Origin: Isurus oxyrinchus
Taxonomy: Eukaryota
Assembly (NCBI GenBank): GCA_026770705.1
Contig: JANJGN010000152.1
Location: 434,001 to 498,000, forward strand
Length of the DNA stretch: 64,000 nt
Direction: 5' to 3'
The notes below the pieces were generated by a model. That model saw only the letters and a program-made list of their open reading frames with translations. It was not told where the DNA came from and did no database searches. Positions 43,614 to 54,169 of the stretch are shown in pieces. Position 1 is the stretch's first letter, and every line of letters starts with the position of its first letter. The translations under genes were made by a program, and so were the position numbers.

Positions 43614-46600
43614 ATTTTTTTTTCAAAAATATACTTTATTCATAAATCTTCAAAAACATTTCGAACCATTTCAAATCACCATTACAAAAACACAATCAAG
43701 TTCAACTTTTACAACATGAATCACAAGGTGTATCAGAGCAAACAATGAATATTTCAATCATTGGCAGACATTCATTTTAATCTGTGCAGCCTGAGGGGCT
43801 CTTTACAGCTCCCAGCCCCCCAGTGCACTGTGGCAGAAAGGTCTTAGGCAGCGACCCTTCCCCATTGTGCCTTTGCGGCGGCTGCCCCAAGCTTATCTGT
43901 GTCCCTCAGCACGTAATCCTGGACCTTGGAATGTGCCAGTCTGCAATACTTGGTCGGGGACAACTTTTTGCGCTGGAAAACCAACAAGTTTCGGGCAGAC
44001 CAAAGAGCGTCTTTCACCGAGTTGATGATCCTCCAGCTGCAGTTGATGTTTGTCTCGGTGTGTGTCCCTGGGAACAGCCCGTAGAGAACAGAGTCCTCTG
44101 TCACAGAACTTATCGGGATGAACCTCGACAGAAACCATTGCATCTCTCTCCAGACCTTCTTCGCAAAGACACAATCTACGAGGAGGTGAACAATGGTCCC
44201 TTCCCCACCACAGCCACCTCGAGGGCAACGTGCAGAGGGGGTGAGACTCCTGGCGTGTAGGAAGGATCTTACAGGAGGGCCTTTCTCACCACCAGCCAAG
44301 CTACATCTTGGTGTTTGTTGGAACGTTCTGGTGATGAGGCATTCTGCCAAATGACTTTGTCAGTCTGCTCAGGGAACCATCCCACAGGATCCACCCTCTC
44401 CTTTTCCCTCAGGGCCTTTAAGACGTTATGTGCCGACCACTGCCTATTGGACTTGTGGTCGAAGGTGTTTCCCTGCATAAATTTTCCCACGAGGGACAGG
44501 TGGTACGGCATGGTCCAGCTATTTGGAGCATTCCACGGCAGCGTGGCCAGACCCCTCCTTCGCAACACCGGGGACAGGTAGAACCTCAGCATGTAGTGAC
44601 ACTTGGTGTTAGCGTACTGAGGGTCTATGCACCACTTGATGCAGCCACACACAAAGGTGGCCATCAGTATGAGGGCGATGTTGGGCACGTTTTTCCCCCT
44701 TTATCTAGAGGTTTGTACATCGTGTCCCTGTGGACACGATCCATTTTTGACCTCCAGATAAAGTGGAAGATGGCTCGGGTGATCACCACCACACAGGAGT
44801 ATGGAATGGGCCAGACCTGCGCCATGTACAGCAACAGCGGGAGTGCCTCACACCTGAGGACCAGGTTCTTACCCACAATGGAGAGGGAGCGTCTCTCCCA
44901 CATGCCCAGTTTCCTTTTCACCATAGACACTCGCTCCTTCCAGTTTCTAACGCGTGCCCTGGCCCCTCCGAAACATATCCCCAGCACCTTCAGGCCATCA
45001 GCCCTGACAGTGAAGGAGACAAAGGATCGGTCAGCCCATTTCCCAAAGAACATGGCCTCGCTCTTCCCATGATTTAACTTGGCTCCCGAGGCCAGTTCGA
45101 AATGGTCACATATGTGGATCAGTCTGCGCACTGACAGCAGATCCAAGCAGAATACGGTGACATCATCCATGTACAGGGAGGCTTTGACCTGAGTGCCTCC
45201 ACTGCCTGAGATCGTCACTCTGCTTATGCACGGATCCTTCCTGATGGACTCAGCAAAGGGTTCTATGCAACACACGAAAAGAACAGGTGAGAGAGGGCAG
45301 CCTTGCCTGACTCCAGATTTAATAGGAAAGCTATCTGATTCCCACCCATTGATTGAGACTGCACTACTGATGTTAGTGTAGAGCAGTATGATCCAATTGC
45401 GAATTCCCTCCCCAAACCCCATTTTGGAGAGCACATTCACCGTGTAGGTGTGTGATATTCTGTCAAAGGTCTTCTCCTGATCGAGGCTGATGAGGCAGGT
45501 ATCCACACCCCTGTCCTGTACATAGGCAATTGTAGCCCTGAGCAGCGTGAGGCTGTCAGAGATCTTACTGCCCGGCACAGTGCAGGTCTGGTCAGGGTGG
45601 ATCACCAATTCCAGAGCGGATTTGACCCGATTGGCGATGAACTTGGACAGAATTTTATAGTCCACATTCAACAGTGAAATGGGTCACCAATTTCTAAATT
45701 CCTCCCTTTCCCCCTTGTGCTTGTAGATGAGGGTGATAATGCCTTCCCTCATGGATTCTGACATACTGCCGGCCAGGAGCATACTCTCGTACACTTCTAG
45801 CAGGTCTGGGCTGATGCAGTCCCACAGAGCCGAATACAACTCCGCTGGCAAGCCGTTGCTTCTGGGAGTTTTACTCTTCTCGAAGGATTCAAGGGCCTCA
45901 GTCAGTTCGTCAGGAGTTAGCGGTTTGTCCAGACTCTCCCGTGTACTGTCGTCTAAGACCTCCGTGACAGAGGACAGGAAAGTCTGGGAGGCCGTGCAGT
46001 CTGTGGGCTTCACGTCATATAATCCAGCATAGAAGGATTTGCTGATCCTCAAAATGTCGGACTGTGATGACTTTACTGAGCCAACTTCTTCCTTCAGGCT
46101 GCTGAGCACAGAGCTCTCTCTGTGTACCTTTTGGAAGAAGAAACGTGAGCACGTCTCATCCTGCTCCACGGAGCGGACTCTGGAACAGAAGATGATTTTG
46201 GAGGCCTCCGAGGCAAAGAGTGAGGCTTGCTAGCTCTTCACCTCTTGGAGTTCCTCCTTGACATCGACCCCCATCGACCGCAGCCAGAGCAGGTTCTGCA
46301 TGTTTTTCTGGAGTCGGGACATTTCTCTCTGTTCCTTTCTAGCTTTCTGGGTGCCTTTGAGGACGACAAACCTCTTGATGTTTCCCTTGATCGCTTCCCA
46401 CCAGTGTGTCAGGGATTCAAAGAGAGGTTTCACGGTTCTGCAACCTTTGTAATCCCTCTTGAGCTCCTCAATGTTCTCTAGGGTCAGCAGTTCCACGTTT
46501 AGCTTCCATGCCCCCCTGCCAACCCTCTGGTCCTTCTCTAAGTGACAGTCAGCCAGTAGGAGGCAGTGGTTAGAGAAGAACACTGGCTTGACGTCGGTGG

Positions 46601-48895
46601 ATCTGACTGTGAATGCACGGGACCCAAAGAGGAAATCTATCCTGGAACAGATGGACCCGTCAGGCCGCGACCAGGTGTATATATGCTGCGCTCTGTCTGC
46701 AGGGTTGCTGAAGACGTCGTGCAGCTTGGCATCCTTTACTGTTTCCATCAGGGATCTGGATGTAGCGTCCAATCTGCTGTCAGCCCTGCTGGATCGTCCA
46801 GCCACATCGATGATGCAGTTGAAGTCATCGCCCAGAATGACCAGCCTGGAGGTTGCCAGCAGCAGTGGGAGCTGCTGAAAAACCTCCAGCCGCTCAACCC
46901 CTTGTGATGGTTGTAATTAACCAGAGTGGAGCATTCTTATACATTACGTCTGCTACGAGGAGGCACCCGCCCACCACCTCCTTAACCTGGGAGACGGTGA
47001 AGCTGCCTCCCCGCAGCAGAATCCCCAGGCCGGAGGAACGAGAGTCGTTTCCTCCCGACCAGATCGATGGCCCATGTGACCACCATCGTGACCATTGCCT
47101 GTAGGAGCTGAGGTGCGGTATCGCACACTCCTGCAGAAACAACAGGTCAACTTTGACCTTGGCAAGGTAGTCCAAGGTCGCAACACATCGCGTAGTAGAT
47201 TTAATGCTACGCACATTTATGGATACAATCTTTACACCCATTGTAAAGCAATTAGTCGCTTACCAAACCTGTTGTCTTTGAGAGTTCCAGACCATTGGTC
47301 TGCTCCTTCATGCCCGTGGTGTGCTCAAATTGCTTCACTTGGGATGGGCTGAGGAAAGCGTCCTGAACCTCCCCATTGGCAGTGTTCTACTCGGGTGGCA
47401 TCTGGGGGTCCGTGCAGAGAGCGGAGTTTGAAATGTCCTCTGTTGGAGAAGCTTCTCCAATCCTCTCCCCCTCTGGGGCGTTGCTGCTCCTGGCTTCCCG
47501 GAGCTGGGGTGCGCTGAGCGCCTCACTGTTCCCAGATTCCTGGGGCTGTGGTGCACTGGCCTCTTCGGGTTGTGGGCAAAGTTGGGGTGCGCTGGTCTCT
47601 TCATTGTCTCCAATGTTCTGGAGCTCGGGTGTCTCAGCCTCCAACTCCCTAGCGTTTTGCCGCTTCTTCTGTTGGCGCCGCCCTGGCCCTTCTTTGTCCG
47701 AAGAGCTGCTGCTCTTGTCATCCGTGTCAGATGGGAGACGCCTCTTGACTCTTGTCTGGGAAGTGGCTTGGTTTCTTTTTAGCCCCTTCTTCCTTTTGGC
47801 TCTCTTCACCAGCTGCCACTCCCCCTGCTGCTTTCCCACTGTTGCCTCCTTCTCCTCTGTTGATTCACTCTCCTGAGGAGTGGGAGGATCAGGGGGCAGT
47901 GCTGTTGGTTGGACGTCTGTTGCCCCAATCTTTTCCTCCACCTTGTCTCTCTCTGTGTCCTCCTTTGTCCCGTTGTTCTCCCTGGGGGCCTTGGTGGTTG
48001 GAATGACGTGAGGCATTTCATCTGCTTCCCCCTCGTTGGCTTTGGCTGCCTGTGCATTACTACGGCAATGTTTGGGGCAGGTCTTGTAGAGGTGACTTGC
48101 CTCACCACACAGGTTGCAGCACTTAGCCAGTTTACAATCTTTTGTCTGGTGCCCTTCCTTTTTGCAGTTCTTGTAGAGGGCGGCACTGCAGTTGGCCGCC
48201 ACATGACCAGACTTGCCGCATGAGCTAGAAAGTTTGGGTTGCCCAGCGTAGACAAGGTACCCATGGCTTCTCCCGATAGCAAATCTGGAAGTGGGGTGGA
48301 AACTGGCTCCCTTACCGTCGGTCTTGAGCATTACATTAACCTGGCGTTTACATGTCCAGATCCCCAAATTATCTTTAACCTCAGTGCAGCTCCCAACCTT
48401 ATCGAAGTACCTGGTAAGGAAGGTGAGCACGTCAGCGACAGGGACGTAGGGGTTGTACAGATGCACCATCGCAACCCGTTCTCGTTGCAACGGTAGAGCA
48501 AAGAGTGGCTCCGCTGTCAGGATCTTCATTTCTGGCAGGTCTTCCTTTTCCTCAAACACCTTCAGGAGTTTGACACAAGCTGCCACTTGCTTGAAGGTCA
48601 CATCAAAGAAACCAGCGCTGGGGAAATCCTGTAGGCAGTAGATCTCCACAGCCTCAAAACCACACAGCTTGAATAGGATCCTCTTGGTGAAGAAGGTCCT
48701 ATCCATTCCTGTTCCTTGCTCGCTGCCCTTCACCATGACTCAGATGGTGTTAGGTACCCCATGGTAAGGGGTTTGACTGGTTATAGCCATTGCTCTTTCC
48801 CTGGCAGAAACACGATGAAGGTCTCTCCCTTGCCAGGTAAGTATCCAAAAATTGCAAGAAAAAAGAGCACACAACGCAAGGGTATAAGGTATAAG
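43614..48895 (-). mobile_element. Full-length, decayed Tx1-clade (L1-like) non-LTR retrotransposon
   Basis: ORF1 47387..48736 has CCHC knuckles (CKKEGHQTKDC, CNLCGEASHLYKTC). ORF2 starts at 47241 (SINVRSI..LQEC endonuclease; LDQEKTFD, GVRQGCPLSP, YMDD RT; CPRGGC..HLLVDC) and is broken by frameshifts and stops. AATAAA at 43640-43635, poly(A) at 43623-43615, 17-bp TSD. Confidence 0.93.
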
Positions 48896-50649
48896 GTCCA
48901 TCACTAACTGCCTTTCAGAGGGTGGACAGCCGCCACCTACCAATTGAATGGTTTTCTGGGTCATTTCAGAAGGCCGATAATGTTCAACCACATTGTTGTG
49001 GATCTGGAATCATATCAGAGCCGGAGTAGATGTCCTTCCCTGAAGGACGTTAGTGAACCGGGTAAAGTTTATTGCGATGATCTTGTAGTTGCCTGATCAC
49101 TATTTCTGGCACTTCAACTTTATTCCAGAGTTATTTATTATCTCCATTTAAATTAATTAGTAGAATTAGAATTGCAACTCATGTCATTGGCTCAGGCCTC
49201 TGGATCATTAATCCAGTGACGTAAGCATGAGTTTCTGCTCACGGAACATAACCTGGTTCCCGTGAAAGGTCTATGTTAAATTGTACATTCCTTTTCTCAG
49301 CCACAAAAATTTTTTTGCAAACACGACTGATCTCGGTTATCTACCGGGGATTTTGTCATGTATGAAATAACACAACAGCATTTCCTTCCTCGCTCAACCA
49401 GCTCTGGCCAGAGAAAAATGTTTCAGAACACAGAGTAGCAAAATCATTAGAACAAAGTAGCGGCGACTCAGTAAGATACAATACAAAAAGTAAATATTCA
49501 CCTGGTTTTCTCATGAAAGCGATAAAGAACTGAAACATAACTACTTATGTTAACTTACTCGGTAAGTATAATGATTGACTTTGTAATTAAAAACATTTGA
49601 CACCAGTGATTATTTTGATCAGATCTCCGCATTCATTTTTAGACTTCATTTAGTTCATAACTTCATGGCTTTCGTTGTAACAGCAAACCCATAAAGAGAC
49701 AAATTGAAGGGCAATTTTAGCGCAGAATGGGAAATAGTGATTGATTGGCTTAATGTAAAGGAGCCCAAACTCAAAGGGAAGATCACTATATTGACTCTAA
49801 ACTATTAATTCAGTAGCCTTGGGCGAGTATTTCAAAGACATACATACATGCGAATCAGGAGCAGAGACAGGCTATTCGGCCCCTCTAGCCTGCTTCGCCA
49901 TTCAATAAGATCTTGGCTGATCTGAGCATGGCCACAGCTCCACATTCCCACCTGCACTCGATATCCTTTGACTTCCATGGGGCAGGAACCGTTTTTAGGC
50001 TGGATTGAATGAGCTGACAGTTTTACACTTGGTCTGATTTCCAAGCCTCCGATGTCAATGGGACAGAGGACTGCATCGAGTGTAAAACTGGCAGCCAGCT
50101 TGCTTCACAGCTCAAGGTCAATTTCACACCTCAACCATTTCAGGTAGGTGAATCTTAACTTCAGGCAGAAATGTGAAATGGCTGTTAATGAATCTGCAGC
50201 TCATTCCACATCCGTCCAGAATTGTAATTCACCTGAAAACAATGGAACCATAATTAAAGGCACATATAACAATGGCAATTGCCATTTTTAGACTAACGCA
50301 AAATCAAAATCTACCTAAAGTTGGTATCGTTAGATATGTATTCTCCAGTTACTCACTTGTAGAAGAATATCCGTGAACTATCGATTTCGAAAAGGTTACC
50401 AGAATATTACTTTTTAGAAATCAATCTAGCAACCTGAGCAGCCTTGGCATGGGATGGTGGAAAGGAATAGACGCAGTGTTTTGGGTTTTTCAGAGACTTA
50501 ATTATTAATGCTTGAGTTTAAAACAAAGGAATATTAAAACGGTGGAAAGTTTGTATATCCCTGATCAAATGAGTTTAAAGAAATGCCTGAAGATGACAAT
50601 ATCACAATTTTTAATTGTCATTGACAGAACCAGCTTCATACAACAGTGA

Positions 50650-51035
50650 TAAAAACAAAAAAAATTGCAGATGCCAGAAATCCAAAACAAAAACAAAAAT
50701 ACCTGGAAAAACTCAGCAGGTCTGGCAGCATTGATGGAGAAAAATAAAGCTGACCCTTCAACAGAACTGAGTAAAATTAGGAGATGGGTGAAATATAAGC
50801 TGGTTTAAGGTGGGGGTTGGGGGGGTGGGGTTGTGGGGAGAGATGTGGATTGGGGGGGGGTGCCGGGCGGTGGTTGTAGGGACAAGCAAGCAGTGAACAA
50901 GGCAAAAGAGAGATACGAAAATCCTGTCGGAGAGCAGAGCAGTACTTATTCAAGGTAGGCATTTCTTGAAGAGAAGTGGCAGTCAATTAAACACAGAGAT
51001 AAAAACAAAAAACTGCGGATGCTGGAAATCCATAA
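50650..51035 (-). mobile_element. Penelope-like terminal-repeat fragment
   Basis: Same terminal sequence as 42060-42290 (ctggaaaaactcagcaggtctggcagcat; aaatataagctggtttaaggtg), with the terminal motif repeated at about 51000. Confidence 0.7.
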
Positions 51036-51077
51036 AACAGTGCTTTGTCCAATTGATGGTTTAGCCCAAAGACTTAC

Positions 51078-51147
51078 CCGGAACTCCAATAGCAGCAAGA
51101 ATTGGATAGTAAATGGCATAAACTACACCAGATATTCGGCCGTGCAT
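51078..51147 (-). CDS. GPR139/GPR142-like GPCR, exon 1
   Basis: MHGRISGVVYAIYYPILAAIGVP+G|GTAAGT. This phase-1 donor joins exon 2 in frame (G+TT=Val), giving 325 aa. YYP..IGVP.N is the typical TM1 start of this family. Confidence 0.88.
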
Positions 51148-53318
51148 TTTCTGAGAAGAGATGTTCTCTGCCCGTGATAGTTGATGACAGAGATTCTCTG
51201 TGTTATTTATACTGTTGGAATTCTACAGAGAGACAATTAGCTTCCATAATTATTTACAGTTACCCGAACAAATAGATTCAGCAATTATTTTTCATGTTAT
51301 TTTTGAGAGGTAGTAGAATGTTGGGAGACACTTGGGAGATGATTATCGAGTCTTGATGCCTCATGCAACCCAGTGTAGTTTTGAATGTAACTTGTTAGTG
51401 CTTGCGCAGATCTAAAATATGCTTAGTTATGTGGAATGTTCATTTATGGGAGACACTGAAAGAAACATTGTTAGCTATTAGGCCGAAGCCAGCATAGCTC
51501 AGTGACGTGAGACCAGGTAAGAATCAGAATGACAGTGACAGTCAAATTGCAAGTTATACCACACAGTGGAAGTTATATCCACACAATGCAAGTTATGCCA
51601 GCAATAGCCAAGGAGTATCCACACAACACAAAGCTTAATCTCACAACATCAACACGCATTTACACACGTTTAACATATATTATAACATTTTAAAACAGTT
51701 TAAATGTTACCATGCGCCTTACACGGGCACAATAAAATAAAATTGTGATTAAGTCACATAAAGCAATATTAGGATATTTTTGTATCAGTCCTAGGCTCCT
51801 TGATTCTGACGTTAGGCTCTTTTTCTGTGAATGTTTTAATGGATCCACATTATTTTACACTTCCTCTTTGATTATTACACTAGGCTCTGCCTCTGTTAGT
51901 ATTCATCCTAATTATTGTTGTATTCCCAAGTCCATATACTGTGCTTTAAGAGGATACAGCGATAAACAAGATCCAGAATGTGTTTACTACAACAACATTG
52001 CATTGAATTGATGGCAAGTACTCCTCGAAAACTATTGTATCTGCATTACGTGTTGACTGTACGAAATCGTTGTTAGTAATTAAAAATAAGCAATTGATGT
52101 TCAGCCACCTGACTGAATCAATGCATTAAAAAATGTCACTTTCTTCCGATCCATATTTTAACCACTAATCATCCCTCCTAAATACTAAACTTAGCCAAAC
52201 AGCTCGCAACCCTTTAAGAACTGTGGTTTTATCCCTCTTCCAAGGACCGGGTCAAAAGTTACACGATTTACAAGCCGGGCGTTTTAATGCTGGGCGGAGC
52301 CTAAAAATACGCCGTCACCTCCTGACCCCGGATCAAGGGAGAAAGAGACAATCACCGTGCTGTTATCCTGCTGACAATATTTTGCCCTGAGCCATTGAAA
52401 ACCGGAGGCCAGGTTTCTGTGACAGACAGTCGGCCCTGTATGTGTGTGTTTGAGATACAGCAGGCTGTGCATATCTGACGTGTTTGTAGGTAAAAAGGCT
52501 CGATTTATACGAAACATTATATAAACATTCGGTCTTAATGGACAAAATTGATTGTTTGTCCAGCCGCGAAGGACGATTCTCGTAGAGTGCCGCCCGCACA
52601 ACCTGTGCCACAGAAAGAGGCCTTCCCAGGCGCATTGAATTGTTGGAGCCGCTTCTTTCCACGGCCCATTCACCAAGGAAGCGAATCGAAAACCAACCTC
52701 CTGTTCTTTTTCTCTGCCCTTCCACCTATAGAAACTGTTTATTTTGATCTACTCAGCCCAGGGCCACATGATTTTGAGCACCTCTATCAGATCTACCCTG
52801 AACCTTCCATTCTCCATGGAGAACAAACCCAGTTTCCCCAATCTATACAATTAACTGAAGTCCTGCATCCCTGGGACGATTCTGGTAAACTTCTCTGCGC
52901 CCTTTCTAAACCATTCACATCCCTCCTAAAGTGCGATGCCCGAAGTGGACATAATGCTCCAGTTGAGGGGTAAGCAGTGCTTTCCAGGGGAACAGTAGTA
53001 TTCCTTTGCATTTGGACTCTATGCCACTGTTATGATGCCGATAATCCCGGATGTTTTAGCATTATTTCTCAGGCTGTTAGGCCACCTTCAACCATTTATG
53101 CCAAAATAGTGCACATCGCTTGATCAAGAATGGATAATTGAAAGAATTCTTTTGGCAGGGGTATTATCGGCGGCTCGAAGTATAAAAATATTAAAGGCTC
53201 TGCGGAGCCAGAAAGAATGTGCGAACTTGATGTTTTTAACGATTTTATTCTGTGCTACAAAATTATAAAGTCAATTGAAAATACATTCGTGGAGTGATTC
53301 CCTCCCCCCACTACCCTT

Positions 53319-53349
53319 CTGTGTGTGTATGTGTGTGTGTTTATGTATG

Positions 53350-53384
<35 letters not shown>
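53319..53384. repeat. (GT)n microsatellite
   Basis: Directly visible. Confidence 0.95.
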
Positions 53385-53386
<2 letters not shown>

Positions 53387-53443
53387 CCTTTCAATTTAAA
53401 CCCGAAAGTTGACAATTATTTGAAATCTTTTCGTGCCTTCCAT

Positions 53444-53869
53444 TACTGTGTCTATAATCCCACCATGTTCAGGTTTTTGTACAGCTCTCTCCGTGCTCTG
53501 TATCACTGTGTGTCTGTTATCCCGCCATGTTCAGGATTTTGTGCAGCTCTCTCCGTGCTCTGTATCACTGTGTGTCTGTAATCCCACCATGTTCAGGTTT
53601 TTGTACAGCTCTCTCCGTGCTCTGTATCACTGTGTGTCTGTTATCCCGCCATGTTCAGGATTTTGTGCAGCTCTCTCCGTGCTCTGTATCACTGTGTGTC
53701 TGTTATCCCACCATGTTCAGGATTTTGTGCAGCTCTCTCCGTGCTCTGTATCACTGTGTGTCTGTAATCCCAGCATGTTAAGTTTTTGTACAGCGCCCTC
53801 CGGTTTCTGTATCACTGTGCACCATGCTGAGGTTTTTGTACAGCTCTCTCCGTGCTCTATATCACTGTG
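53444..53869 (-). repeat. Tandem array of seven 23-bp-spacer recombination signal sequences (62-bp unit)
   Basis: Plus-strand nonamer/heptamer starts: 53472/53504, 53534/53566, 53596/53628, 53658/53690, 53720/53752, 53781/53813, 53831/53863. Every heptamer is CACAGTG on the minus strand and every spacer is 23 bp. An orphan CACAGTA sits at 53450-53444. Confidence 0.95.
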
Positions 53870-54169
53870 CTGTGCGCCGACTCAGTTCACAGTAATAAAG
53901 TGCGGAGTCGCTCAATTGTAATTTGGAGATCTTCAACCGGCTGATTTTCTCGGTAGAATCGACAGAAGCAGAAATTCTCCCCCAGGCAGCATTTTCTTTA
54001 TTCTCCTCTCCTGAAATGTGTCCCTGAAGCAGATATTCCGGAGCCTGTCCTGGGGACTGACGGTACCAGTGTACTGTGCAGAACCCTGAATATCCCCAGT
54101 TTAAAATAACGGTGTCAGCGATGGCAGAGATTTCTAGAGGCGAAATCCGGGAAATTATGGAACTGGAAT
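53870..54169 (-). other. Leaderless NAR-TCR-supporting TCR-delta V gene segment (first canonical Cys replaced by Trp)
   Basis: Acceptor ttatcctccAG at 54171-54170. Reads (D)SSSIISRISPLEISAIADTVILNWGYSGFCTVHWYRQSPGQAPEYLLQGHISGEENKENAAWGRISASVDSTEKISRLKISKLQLSDSALYYCELSRRT, with WYRQ, DSALYYC, a CDR1 Cys and a perfect 23-RSS at 53869-53831. Not in the ORF track. Confidence 0.9.

Noticed and set aside
51562-51589. CACAGTG-12-ACACAATGC as a 12-RSS facing the array
   Set aside because: The nonamer matches only 6/9, it sits in a short local repeat of about 20 bp, and it has no adjoining D or J coding segment. At most a cryptic site.
53472-53869. Array read as a CRISPR array or as a D-segment cluster
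   Set aside because: The intervening sequences are near-identical rather than unique, the DNA is vertebrate, and there are no opposing 12-RSSs flanking the linkers.
53433-53921. 162-aa and 84-aa Cys-rich repetitive plus-strand ORFs
   Set aside because: They are translations of the RSS tandem array, antisense to the V segment, with no independent sign of coding.
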